The position numbers were made by a program, and so were the translations under genes. A DNA stretch of 64,000 nucleotides from Candidatus Nanopelagicales bacterium (GTDB taxonomy: Bacteria > Actinomycetota > Actinomycetes > S36-B12): positions 117-64,116 of the forward strand of contig JBIHZX010000001.1 of the NCBI GenBank assembly GCA_044240195.1. Reading direction: 5' to 3'. Below the pieces are notes generated by a model that made no database searches, was not told the DNA's origin, and saw only the letters and a program-made list of their open reading frames with translations. Positions 9,680-19,019 of the stretch are shown piece after piece; position 1 is the first letter of the stretch; every line of letters begins with the position of its first letter.

Positions 9680-10321
9680 ATGACATACCGCAGAGGGATC
9701 GACGGCGGCCCGTGGGATGAATCTGATCCGGGGGCACCGAGCGAGGATCTCGATCCCGGTCGGACATTGAATTTTGGATCCCTTCGACTGCAGGTTCCTG
9801 AAGGCGTTGAGGTTCAGGTCCAAGCAGATCAAGCATCAGGTCGAATCACGCAACTGTCTTTACGCGACGGTGATAGCGGGATGCAACTCCAACCGTATGC
9901 GTCGCGGAAAACTGGTGGCATGTGGCCCGAGGTCATGGACACTCTGAAGTCCTCTATCAACTCTTCTGGGGGGCTGGTGGAAACCGCCGAAGGGCAATTT
10001 GGGACGGAGGTTGTTGCTCAAATCCAGGCAGCAGGTGAGGGCGGAGCCCTGCAGCCGGCCCGATTCGTTGGAGTCGACGGACCTCGGTGGTTTTTGCGGG
10101 CCGTGTTTATGGGAAAGGCTGCTCGGGACCAACTGGCCGCTACTCGGCTCACGGAGATATTTGCAAGTGCGTTGGTGTTGCGTGGAGGTTCAGCAATGGC
10201 CCCGGGTGCCCCATTGGTGATGAATTTGCCCGCCAATACCAACACAGACAATGCATTGCCGCTGAATACGCCGAATCTGAATCCATTTGCTCGTGGACCT
10301 GAAATAACAGAAACCCGCTAG
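9680..10321 (+). CDS. DUF3710 domain-containing protein
   Basis: 213 aa, in the conserved actinobacterial position directly after dut. ...GPRWFLRAVF.G.AA... is typical. Confidence 0.65.
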   Translation: MTYRRGIDGGPWDESDPGAPSEDLDPGRTLNFGSLRLQVPEGVEVQVQADQASGRITQLSLRDGDSGMQLQPYASRKTGGMWPEVMDTLKSSINSSGGLVETAEGQFGTEVVAQIQAAGEGGALQPARFVGVDGPRWFLRAVFMGKAARDQLAATRLTEIFASALVLRGGSAMAPGAPLVMNLPANTNTDNALPLNTPNLNPFARGPEITETR

Positions 10322-10326
10322 TACCG

Positions 10327-10701
10327 ATGAATGCGATAAGTCGCGCATACCGCAGGTTTACTGCTTCCAATGCAGAACTTGAATCAAAGGAATTACGAGA
10401 TAAATTCGGTGCCTCGGATGAAATCCAAACGCAACTAATCGGTCAGTGCCAACCTGGGGCGCAGGTTGAGGTTGTGGGAAGCATTCGCAGTGTCAGTATT
10501 GCGCCGTCGAGCAAATCCCCAGCACTTGAGATTGAACTCTACGATGGATCAGGTGTGGTTACCGTTGTGTGGATGGGGCGTCGAATGATTCCTGGAATAG
10601 TTGCAGGTCGCACCGTGAAAGTGTGTGGCCGTATGACGTGCAATGCTGATCGTTCCATTATTTTCAACCCACGATATGAATTGAGACCCCTGTCCAGATG
10701 A
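10327..10701 (+). CDS. OB-fold nucleic-acid-binding domain protein
   Basis: 124 aa. It occupies the conserved position between the DUF3710 and DUF3159 genes and is beta-rich (VEVVGSIRSV...VTVVWMGRR). Confidence 0.55.
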   Translation: MNAISRAYRRFTASNAELESKELRDKFGASDEIQTQLIGQCQPGAQVEVVGSIRSVSIAPSSKSPALEIELYDGSGVVTVVWMGRRMIPGIVAGRTVKVCGRMTCNADRSIIFNPRYELRPLSR

Positions 10702-11399
10702 CTAATCCCGAACAGCTTGAACCTGGCTCAGAGCCAGGCTCGAATGCAGATCGCGAACACGTGACACCCGCTGACATTCGCGCCGAGCGAATAATGCTTG
10801 ATAAGGCAATTGGTGGGTGGCGTGGCCTGTTTGACAGTGGCGCGCCGACACTCGTTTTCGTCATTGTGTACTTGATTCAACCAGATAATCTGCAGATTGC
10901 CCTTTGGTCGGCACTGGCCGTAGGTATTGCAATTGCGCTATATCGAATGATTCGCAAAGACTCACTTCAGCAGGTTATTGCAGGTTTGGTGGGTGTAGGT
11001 ATTGCAGCAGGTTTTTCTGCTTGGACCGGCAAGGCCGAAAACTTCTTTCTTCCTGGTCTTCTCACAAATGCCGTTTATGGGACGCTCTTCCTAATCTCGA
11101 TCTTGGTGCGCTGGCCATTATTAGGCGTGTTCCTTGGTGTTTTTAGTGGAACCGGCATGAAGTGGCGCACCGTTCCCGAATACAGCCGCGCGGCGGCGGC
11201 AGCAACGTGGATCTGGGTCGGCATGTTTTTCCTTCGCCTGGCCGTGCAACTGCCCGTTTTTCTTGCCGGGGCAATTGGTGCGCTCGGTGTCCTCAAGGTG
11301 GTTATGGGTTGGCCATTATTCTTGGCGGCCGCCTACTTCACGTATCGATTATTGCAGCCGATCTATAACAAACTGGAAGCCAGCAAATCTCAGGAGTGA
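10698..11399 (+). CDS. DUF3159 domain-containing membrane protein
   Basis: 233 aa with multiple TM helices. ATGA overlap with the upstream OB-fold gene. Confidence 0.6.
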   Translation: MTNPEQLEPGSEPGSNADREHVTPADIRAERIMLDKAIGGWRGLFDSGAPTLVFVIVYLIQPDNLQIALWSALAVGIAIALYRMIRKDSLQQVIAGLVGVGIAAGFSAWTGKAENFFLPGLLTNAVYGTLFLISILVRWPLLGVFLGVFSGTGMKWRTVPEYSRAAAAATWIWVGMFFLRLAVQLPVFLAGAIGALGVLKVVMGWPLFLAAAYFTYRLLQPIYNKLEASKSQE

Positions 11400-12049
11400 C
11401 CCAGCATCTGCTGTAATGCTGACTCTTGTCTCGGTGATGAAACAAAAATCAGTTCATCGCCTATTTCCAAGGGATCGTCAGCCGTCGGAGCAATTACCCG
11501 GTCACCCCGCACGATTGCCACAAGCGCCGTGTCCTCTGGCCAATTCTGAGCACCGACTCTCTGTCCGGCAACGGGAGAGTCGGAGGCCAAAGTGATTTCA
11601 ACGAGATCCGCTTCGCCCTGGCGAAATGAGAACAGCCGAACCAAGTCGCCCACGGAAACAGCTTCCTCAACCAGAGCTGACAGCATGCGTGGAGTGGATA
11701 CTGCTACGTCAACACCCCAGGTTGAATCAAACATCCACTCATTCTTTGGGTGATTGACCCGAGCAACAACGCGTGGAACCCCAAATTCAGTCTTTGCCAA
11801 TAGCGAAACCACCAAATTAACTTTGTCGTCACCGGTTGCAGCGACGACAACATCGCACTCAAAAAGACGTGCTTCCTCAAGTGCACTTACCTCGCAGGCA
11901 TCGGCCATCAGAACTTCCGCGCCTTCAACTAGTCCTGGTCGGGCCAACGCTGCATCCCGGTCGATCAGCAAAATTTGATGACCGTTTTGGATAAGTTCGC
12001 GAGCGATCGCCCGGCCTACTTTTCCAGCACCTGCAATAGCAACTCTCAT
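11390..12049 (-). CDS. trkA: TrkA-family potassium uptake protein (NAD-binding RCK)
   Basis: Rossmann motif MRVAIAGAGKVGRAIA. 219 aa, paired with a second TrkA gene as in ceoB/ceoC. Confidence 0.85.
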   Translation of the reverse strand: MRVAIAGAGKVGRAIARELIQNGHQILLIDRDAALARPGLVEGAEVLMADACEVSALEEARLFECDVVVAATGDDKVNLVVSLLAKTEFGVPRVVARVNHPKNEWMFDSTWGVDVAVSTPRMLSALVEEAVSVGDLVRLFSFRQGEADLVEITLASDSPVAGQRVGAQNWPEDTALVAIVRGDRVIAPTADDPLEIGDELIFVSSPRQESALQQMLGHS

Positions 12050-12711
12050 GAATTTCCTTTCTCGCCGTAGAGCGCAAGGCCTTCAATTCGCTCACGCTCT
12101 GCGGGTGGAAAAAGAAGGTGGACGGCGTCATCTTGCTGGATAACCAAATTTTCGGTTGGTAGGACTGCGGATCCATAGCGAGTTACGAATGCAATTCGGG
12201 CACCCGTTGTCTTCTCCAATTCGCTGGCATTGCGGCCTAGCCAGCTTTCGTGCATAGGAACTTCCGCCAAAATCATGGTGCCGGTCCCATCAATGAATTC
12301 TTCGGTTGCTTTTGTAGGGAGTATCGCCTTCATGATTTGAGTTGCAGTCCATGAAACGGTCGCCACCGTTGGGATGCCCAGCCGCTGGTAAACCGCGGCT
12401 CTTTTTGGGTCGTAGATACGTGCAATTACATGCTCTACGCCGTATGTTTCGCGAGCTACTCGGGCGCCTAAAATATTTGTGTTATCACCGCTACTCACCG
12501 CGGCAAATGCATGTGCTCGGTTGATGCCGGCTGACTCCAATGTTTCCCGGTCAAATCCGATCCCCTTTACAGTGACTCCCGAGAAGTTCGCGCTGAGTTT
12601 ACGAAAAGCTGCAGCATCTTGGTCAATGATTGCGACGGAATGCCCCTGCTCGTCTAATCGGGTCGCAAGTAGGGAACCAACTCGGCCGCAACCCAAAATC
12701 ACAATATGCAC
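12046..12711 (-). CDS. trkA: TrkA-family potassium uptake protein (NAD-binding RCK)
   Basis: MHIVILGCGRVGSLLA Rossmann motif. 221 aa, with a 4-nt overlap onto the downstream trkA. Confidence 0.85.
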   Translation of the reverse strand: MHIVILGCGRVGSLLATRLDEQGHSVAIIDQDAAAFRKLSANFSGVTVKGIGFDRETLESAGINRAHAFAAVSSGDNTNILGARVARETYGVEHVIARIYDPKRAAVYQRLGIPTVATVSWTATQIMKAILPTKATEEFIDGTGTMILAEVPMHESWLGRNASELEKTTGARIAFVTRYGSAVLPTENLVIQQDDAVHLLFPPAERERIEGLALYGEKGNS

Positions 12712-12779
12712 ACCCTTACGCTACACGCCGGCGCCCGGGGTTGTCTCGGCCATACGGGGCAGGTCTACGCTTGGGGATC

Positions 12780-14717
12780 GTGTCGATCGCAGATGGCTTA
12801 AAAAGAGCGATTTTGGGCAGAGCCCTTCGTAGTGATCGACTTTCGGAAACCTTATTACCCAAAAGAATTGCCTTGCCGGTTTTCGCTAGTGATGCCTTGT
12901 CGTCAAATGCATATGCCACCCAAGAGATCCTGCTGGTCCTCTCGCTAGGCGGCGCATCGCTATTCGCATTCGGACCATGGATCGCCGCATGCGTTGTTGT
13001 GGTGTATTTCGTCGTGATTGCTTCATATCGTCAAAACGTCCGCGCCTATCCCAGTGGTGGTGGGGACTACGACGTAGTTTCAACGAATCTAGGACCACGT
13101 TGGGGTGTCTTTGTCGCCAGCGCGCTTTTGATTGATTACGTGCTAACGGTTGCCGTCTCAATTTCGGCTGCTGTGGCAAATCTAGGTTCAACTATCGGGT
13201 TTGTTGATCAACACAAAGTTTGGTTTGCTGTGGGAGCGGTTGTGGTTGTGACACTTCTGAATCTACGCGGCGTTAAGGAATCTGGTGGAATGTTTGCAAT
13301 TCCCACCTATCTGTTCATTACGTCAATATTCATAATGATCGGCGTCGCGATTTTCAAGACGCTATCTGGTCAGCCGATGTTGGCGGAGAGTTCCACCTGG
13401 GAAATTTCCGAGGAAGGAACCTTGACCGGCCTTGCTCTCGTTCTTCTGCTCGCGAGGGCCTTTAGTTCTGGCACCACGGCGCTGACCGGTATCGAGGCTG
13501 TCGCAAATGGAGTACCTGCATTCAAAGAGCCTAAGTCGAAGAACGCTGCCACAACTCTTCTGTTACTTGGAGTGATCAGCATGCTGATGTTCTCTGGCAT
13601 CACCTGGCTGGCAATGAAAACAGGGGTGAAAGTATCTGAATCTGATGCGAATCTGATTGGGCTCCCGATCGGTGAGACTCAAAAGACGGTGATTGTTCAG
13701 GTAGCGGCCGCTGTTTTTGATAATGCCGGTTGGGCCGTTTTGTTTATTTCTTTGGCGACCGCCTTGATCCTGGCTTTGGCCGCGAACACCGCTTTTAATG
13801 GGTTTCCCATGTTGGGTTCGATCCTGGCGCGTGATGGTTACTTACCCCGTCAATTGCATACACGCGGGGATCGGCTGGCTTTTAGCAATGGAATTCTTGC
13901 CCTAGCCGGCTTAGCCACGCTTTTGATCATTGGATTCCAAGCCGATGTTACAAAGCTCATTCAGCTGTACATCATTGGCGTTTTCATTGCATTTACGCTG
14001 AGTCAGTTCGGGATGATTCGACATTGGACTAGGTTGCTCAAGACTGAAACCAATCGCAGAGAACGGCAACGTTGTTTTCGATCCCGCATAGTTAATGCAA
14101 TCGGTTTTGTCTTGACAGGAACCGTGCTGATCATTGTTGTGTTTACCAAGTTCACGCACGGTGCCTGGATTGTAATTGTTGCGCTTCCAATTATTTTTTA
14201 CGTGATGTTACGGATTCATAGACACTATGACAAAGTTCGTCGTGAGTTGGCCACCCTTGAAACTGATCACGTTATGTTGCCCGCACGCGTGCACGCGCTT
14301 GTGCTGGTTTCCAAGATTGACAAACCGACTCTGCGTGCGATTGCTTACGCCCGTGCTAGCCGCCCAACAGTAATTGAGGCAGTTACTGCCAATGTTGAGG
14401 ATTCGGAGACGGAGCGCCTGCAGCAGGATTGGATTCGTAGAGATATTCCAGTGACTCTGCGTATTCTTGATTCGCCGTATCGAGAGATAACCAGTCCGAT
14501 AATTGACTACGTGAAAGAGATTAGATCAGAGTCACCCAATGACTTGATTGCTGTATTTGTACCGCAGTATGTTGTTGGGCATTGGTGGGAACAGGTCCTG
14601 CACAATCAATCGGCACTTCGGCTCAAAAGTCGCCTGCTCTTCTCCAACTCAGTTATGGTCATCAGTGTGCCGTGGCAACTTGAATCAAGTGAGCACAGTC
14701 TCGAAAATGACTTCTAA
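12780..14717 (+). CDS. APC-family amino acid/cation permease with C-terminal soluble domain
   Basis: N-terminus ...LKRAILGRALRSDRLSETLLPKRIALPVFASDALSSNAY, at least 12 TM helices. I chose GTG 12780 because the track start (12630) lies inside the divergent trkA gene. Confidence 0.75.
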   Translation: MSIADGLKRAILGRALRSDRLSETLLPKRIALPVFASDALSSNAYATQEILLVLSLGGASLFAFGPWIAACVVVVYFVVIASYRQNVRAYPSGGGDYDVVSTNLGPRWGVFVASALLIDYVLTVAVSISAAVANLGSTIGFVDQHKVWFAVGAVVVVTLLNLRGVKESGGMFAIPTYLFITSIFIMIGVAIFKTLSGQPMLAESSTWEISEEGTLTGLALVLLLARAFSSGTTALTGIEAVANGVPAFKEPKSKNAATTLLLLGVISMLMFSGITWLAMKTGVKVSESDANLIGLPIGETQKTVIVQVAAAVFDNAGWAVLFISLATALILALAANTAFNGFPMLGSILARDGYLPRQLHTRGDRLAFSNGILALAGLATLLIIGFQADVTKLIQLYIIGVFIAFTLSQFGMIRHWTRLLKTETNRRERQRCFRSRIVNAIGFVLTGTVLIIVVFTKFTHGAWIVIVALPIIFYVMLRIHRHYDKVRRELATLETDHVMLPARVHALVLVSKIDKPTLRAIAYARASRPTVIEAVTANVEDSETERLQQDWIRRDIPVTLRILDSPYREITSPIIDYVKEIRSESPNDLIAVFVPQYVVGHWWEQVLHNQSALRLKSRLLFSNSVMVISVPWQLESSEHSLENDF

Positions 14718-15942
14718 ACCCGGTCTGGAAATTGGAAAACAATATTTAGCCGAAATTGGCAATGTTGCTCACGGCGGTCACTTTATAACTCACATTGAGG
14801 GCTGCGTTGTCTTCGTTCGAGGTGCTTTAACGGGTGAGCAGGCAGTTATCCAGATCACTCATAAAAGGCAAAAAGTATTTTATGGCCTAGCCCAAGAAAT
14901 TGTGAAGGCGTCCGATTTTCGCGTTATCCCAAGTTGCCAGGCCAGTCAGTTGTGCGGCGGGTGCGATTTTCAATATGTTTCACCACCCCATCAAAGAGTA
15001 CTCAAGACCTCCGTGCTGAAGGAATCATTGCAACGTTTTGCTCTCCTCGGTGAATCCCAGATTGATCGCCTTGTTGGTTCCGGGGTCCGGGGAATAGGCG
15101 ACCCCTCCGGCTTGAGTTGGCGTGAACGGGCACGCTTTGAATGGGACGAAGGCTGGCAGATGCACCAGTACCGCAGCGGCTCCTTAGTGAGCACGCCCCA
15201 TTGCACAACTATCACGACGCAAATGAGCGAAGAACTCACTCGACTCGAGCAGATGGGAGGGCTGTCACCCGGTGAATACACATTCGCCCAGGGCGTTGAA
15301 GGTGTCAGCTCTATCGGACCGTTAGGGCACGTGTCGGGGCCACATTCGGTAAGTCGGTCTTTTGCCGGTGCTCATTGGGAGAGCAGCCCGCGGGATTTCT
15401 GGCAATCCAATCCGGCGCTCCTGCCGGAAGTCGCGGAATACATTCGTGCCGCTGGAATTGCGTCAGTGGGTACCACTTGGTGGGATTTATACGCGGGTTC
15501 TGGAGTTTTTTCCCAATTACTGGCACAAGAGGTAGGAAGCGCCGGGTCGGTCACCAGCGTTGAGGGTAATCGAAATGCTTCGTACCTTGCTCGCGATCGT
15601 TTTGCCTCAACTACTGATTCCTTGGCGGCACCGGTTCAGGTGATTAACAGCAGTGTCGAATCCTTCGTGGCCCACATGCGCACAGTGGGTGTGAGGCCCG
15701 ACGGTGTTTTCCTTGATCCGCCCCGATCGGGCGCTGGTATTTCTGTATGCGAAGTCTTATGTGAAATTTCGCCGTCACGGATCCTTTACCTTGCATGTGA
15801 TCCGGTTTCCTTGGGGCGTGACACCAAGGTGCTGTGCGGAAGTGGGAATTATGAGTTGAGCAGTGTCGCAGCTTGGGATGCTTTTCCGATGACCCATCAT
15901 TTTGAATCACTCGCGGTGTTCACGAAGATCGAAGTATCTTGA
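14707..15942 (+). CDS. class I SAM-dependent RNA (uracil-5) methyltransferase, TrmA/RlmD family
   Basis: TRAM-like N-terminus, Cys cluster CGGCDFQ, VFLDPPRSGAG and catalytic YLACDP motifs. ATG 14707 overlaps the permease stop by 11 nt. Confidence 0.8.
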   Translation: MTSKPGLEIGKQYLAEIGNVAHGGHFITHIEGCVVFVRGALTGEQAVIQITHKRQKVFYGLAQEIVKASDFRVIPSCQASQLCGGCDFQYVSPPHQRVLKTSVLKESLQRFALLGESQIDRLVGSGVRGIGDPSGLSWRERARFEWDEGWQMHQYRSGSLVSTPHCTTITTQMSEELTRLEQMGGLSPGEYTFAQGVEGVSSIGPLGHVSGPHSVSRSFAGAHWESSPRDFWQSNPALLPEVAEYIRAAGIASVGTTWWDLYAGSGVFSQLLAQEVGSAGSVTSVEGNRNASYLARDRFASTTDSLAAPVQVINSSVESFVAHMRTVGVRPDGVFLDPPRSGAGISVCEVLCEISPSRILYLACDPVSLGRDTKVLCGSGNYELSSVAAWDAFPMTHHFESLAVFTKIEVS

Positions 15943-15968
15943 CGTCAAGATACTTGTGATATCTTGAC
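15932..15968. promoter_or_regulatory. three-half-site palindromic operator-like element upstream of acn
   Basis: AAGTATCTTGAC|GTCAAGATACTT is a perfect 24-bp palindrome (15932-15955). A third copy of TATCTTGAC at 15960-15968 forms a second inverted pair with GTCAAGATA (15944-15952, 7-nt spacer). The element spans the methyltransferase stop codon and ends 28 nt before the acn GTG. Confidence 0.55.
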
Positions 15969-15995
15969 TCCAGGAAATCTAAGCCGGGAGGTCTT

Positions 15996-18653
15996 GTGAC
16001 TAGTCTGAATTCGTTCTCCGCAAAGGAAACACTCACCGTTGGTGGTGCGGAATATGAAATTTTCGCTATCGACGCTGTTCCTGGCAGCAAAAATCTGCCC
16101 TTTACGCACAAGATCCTGCTGGAAAACTTGCTGAGAACCGAAGACGGCGAAAATGTCACCGCCGAGACCATAGCGGCCTTGGGTAAATGGGATGCCAAAG
16201 CAGAGCCCACGGAAGAAATACAATTCACTCCTTCGCGCGTTATTCTGCAGGACTTCACCGGGGTCCCGGTAGTTGTTGACTTGGCGACGATGCGTGAAGC
16301 TGTCATCGCGCTCGGCGGTAATCCGGACAAGATCGAGCCGCTTAATCCCGTTGAACTGGTTATTGACCACTCTGTTATCGCAGACTTTTTTGGGGCCCCA
16401 GATTCTGCTGATCGAAATGTTGAGTTGGAGTACGAACGTAATAGGGAGCGCTACCAGTTCCTGCGATGGGGACAGAGCGCATTTGACGAATTCAAGGTTG
16501 TTCCACCCGGCACCGGAATTGTGCATCAGGTAAATATCGAAAATCTGGCTCGAGTGGTGATGGCCCGAGGAGGCCAGGCCTACCCCGACACGGTTGTGGG
16601 AACGGATTCGCACACCACCATGGTTAATGGGCTGGGTGTGCTGGGTTGGGGCGTAGGTGGAATAGAAGCCGAGGCGGCAATGCTTGGCCAATCCGTCTCG
16701 ATGCTGATACCTCGCGTACTTGGTTTCAAACTGACGGGTGAACTTCCGCCCGGCGCAACCGCCACCGACTTAGTACTGACAATCACAGAAATGCTACGTG
16801 AACGTGGTGTGGTGGGCAAATTCGTTGAATTTTACGGCGATGGCATTGGTTCTGTCCCTCTGGCAAACCGAGCAACTATTGGAAATATGAGCCCCGAGTA
16901 CGGCAGCACGGTGGCAATTTTTCCCATCGATGATGTGACTTTGAATTACCTCGCTCTGACGGGACGGACCCCAGAATCAATCGAATTGGTAAAGGCTTAT
17001 GCCCAGCGACAGGGTCTATGGCATGACACCACCTCGCACGCCACCTACTCAGATTCAATTGAACTAGATATGAGCACCGTGGTGCCCAGTATCGCAGGCC
17101 CAAAGCGCCCACAGGATCGAGTAATTCTGGCGCAATCTCAACCAATGTTTAGAAAAGCATTGGCAGGCTTCACCGCGGCACCGGATCATAAAGTACGTAT
17201 TGACATTGCAGGTGAGTCCGTAGAAGTTGGGCACGGGGCTGTTGGTGTTGCCGCGATCACGTCATGCACCAATACGTCAAACCCGTCCGTCATGATCGGT
17301 GCTGGACTTCTGGCAAAAAAAGCCGTGGAACGTGGCCTTACCCGCAAACCTTGGGTCAAGACGACATTGGCACCCGGGTCAAAGGTCGTAACCGACTACT
17401 ACGAGAAGTCGGGCTTATTGCCATATTTGGAAAAACTCGGATTTAGTGTCGTTGGGTATGGCTGCACAACCTGTATCGGTAATTCTGGTCCATTAATTCC
17501 CGCGTTATCCGCCGCAATAAATACCGATGACATCGTCGTTAGTTCGGTGCTCAGTGGAAATAGAAACTTTGAAGGCAGAATTAACCCGGACGTTAAAATG
17601 AATTACCTTGCTTCACCACCACTAGTTGTTGCTTATGCAATCGCGGGAACGATGGATATTGACCTCGCCAACGATCCACTGGGTTTCGACGAAGACGGCA
17701 CCCCAGTTTTTCTCGCCGATGTCTGGCCCTCATCCACTGAAATTGAACAGGTGATTGCAGGGTCAATTGATTCCCGGATGTACATTGATCGGTATCGCGA
17801 TGTATTCGCCGGTGATGAAGTGTGGCGATCTCTCCCAACTCCGACGGGCAGTATTTTTCAATGGGATGCACAGAGCACATATGTTCGGCGCCCTCCATAT
17901 TTTGAAGGAATGCAACGCGAACCATCGCCCGTCACAAACATCACCGGAGCACGCGTTCTCGCCTGGCTGGGTGACTCGGTTACAACAGACCATATTTCAC
18001 CTGCAGGTTCAATAAAAGCAGATTCACCTGCCGGTATTTATTTGAGCGAACATGGAATCGAACGCAAGGATTTCAACTCATACGGCTCACGTCGAGGGAA
18101 TCATGAAGTAATGATTCGAGGGACATTCGCCAACATTCGATTGAAGAATCTGATCGCTCCGGGAACCGAGGGTGGGTTCACCGTCGATTTCACGGACCCC
18201 AGCATGAGCGTCACGCCAATCTATGACGCGGCGATGAAATACAAGAATGATGACATTCCACTAATTATTCTGGCGGGTAAGGAGTACGGTTCGGGGTCAA
18301 GTCGTGACTGGGCTGCTAAGGGCACCGCACTTCTCGGTGTCAGGGCGGTTATTGCAGAGTCGTATGAACGAATTCATCGGTCCAATCTGATCGGTATGGG
18401 GGTTCTACCACTGCAGTTCGTGGAAGGTGAGAACGCTCAAACACTTGGCCTAACCGGCAGTGAAGTGTTTGCCATTGACGGTGTCACAGAACTCAATGCG
18501 GGAGTAACGCCGAAGCAATTGACGGTTAGCGCAACGACACCACAGGGAAGCGTCATTAATTTTGTTGCGGATCTGCGAATCGACACACCGGGTGAAGCTG
18601 ATTACTATCGAAACGGTGGAATTCTGCAGTACGTCCTTCGTTCGCTTCTGTGA
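15996..18653 (+). CDS. acn: aconitate hydratase
   Basis: 885 aa. Aconitase Fe-S ligand regions [17 protein letters not shown] and [20 protein letters not shown] lies upstream of the GTG. Confidence 0.95.
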   Translation: MTSLNSFSAKETLTVGGAEYEIFAIDAVPGSKNLPFTHKILLENLLRTEDGENVTAETIAALGKWDAKAEPTEEIQFTPSRVILQDFTGVPVVVDLATMREAVIALGGNPDKIEPLNPVELVIDHSVIADFFGAPDSADRNVELEYERNRERYQFLRWGQSAFDEFKVVPPGTGIVHQVNIENLARVVMARGGQAYPDTVVGTDSHTTMVNGLGVLGWGVGGIEAEAAMLGQSVSMLIPRVLGFKLTGELPPGATATDLVLTITEMLRERGVVGKFVEFYGDGIGSVPLANRATIGNMSPEYGSTVAIFPIDDVTLNYLALTGRTPESIELVKAYAQRQGLWHDTTSHATYSDSIELDMSTVVPSIAGPKRPQDRVILAQSQPMFRKALAGFTAAPDHKVRIDIAGESVEVGHGAVGVAAITSCTNTSNPSVMIGAGLLAKKAVERGLTRKPWVKTTLAPGSKVVTDYYEKSGLLPYLEKLGFSVVGYGCTTCIGNSGPLIPALSAAINTDDIVVSSVLSGNRNFEGRINPDVKMNYLASPPLVVAYAIAGTMDIDLANDPLGFDEDGTPVFLADVWPSSTEIEQVIAGSIDSRMYIDRYRDVFAGDEVWRSLPTPTGSIFQWDAQSTYVRRPPYFEGMQREPSPVTNITGARVLAWLGDSVTTDHISPAGSIKADSPAGIYLSEHGIERKDFNSYGSRRGNHEVMIRGTFANIRLKNLIAPGTEGGFTVDFTDPSMSVTPIYDAAMKYKNDDIPLIILAGKEYGSGSSRDWAAKGTALLGVRAVIAESYERIHRSNLIGMGVLPLQFVEGENAQTLGLTGSEVFAIDGVTELNAGVTPKQLTVSATTPQGSVINFVADLRIDTPGEADYYRNGGILQYVLRSLL

Positions 18654-19015
18654 CCAATATGCCTGCTGGGTGGCCAGCGGACTTGGTTTCCTCCTTCGAC
18701 CCGGAGTTCTCCGGGCAGGTCACTCGTTGGCTGCTCGAGCGCTTGCCGGGTGAATTCCGGGACACGGAGATCAGAAATGATCCGATTGCGCTTTCTTGGG
18801 TACTTCACGAACGCACAAAAAGCGATCTTGAATTGATGCGGCGTCTCTATGCCACCGCTCGAGTCAGCTCGGGAAGCGCTAGACCTTCGGTGCTTCTCGA
18901 GGCGCTTAGCGTGATCGGCGCGCAGCTATTGCGCACCGAACGCGAGGCCATTTCTGTTGCCGGCGCTATCGCAGCGCTAGACCACAGCACGACCAACACT
19001 TCTGATCTAGACTAG
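18650..19015 (+). CDS. hypothetical protein (translationally coupled to acn)
   Basis: 121-aa ORF. GTG 18650 overlaps the acn TGA (GTGA); alternative ATG at 18659. I recognise no family. Confidence 0.5.
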   Translation: MTNMPAGWPADLVSSFDPEFSGQVTRWLLERLPGEFRDTEIRNDPIALSWVLHERTKSDLELMRRLYATARVSSGSARPSVLLEALSVIGAQLLRTEREAISVAGAIAALDHSTTNTSDLD

Positions 19016-19019
19016 GTGG

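Noticed and set aside
10722-10738. 17-bp palindrome CCTGGCTC-A-GAGCCAGG at the 5' end of the DUF3159 gene
   Set aside because: It arises from the duplicated codon string for EPGSEPGS. A 1-nt loop cannot form a hairpin, and there is no second copy or regulatory context.
12630-12779. Long N-terminal extensions offered by the ORF track (12630, 14548, up to 25883, 31387, 41294, 42036, 42514, 60009, 8563, 26717)
   Set aside because: Each extension overlaps a neighbouring conserved gene or adds residues unrelated to the family N-terminus. Internal ATG/GTG codons give the family-typical N-termini and the usual 4-26 nt coupling overlaps.
15920-16691. Two long minus-strand ORFs (15920-16330, 136 aa; 15945-16691, 248 aa) antisense to the 5' part of acn
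   Set aside because: They lie entirely inside the clearly recognisable aconitase gene. Their sequences are low-complexity, Arg/Ser/Gly-rich and typical of shadow frames, with no recognisable motif.
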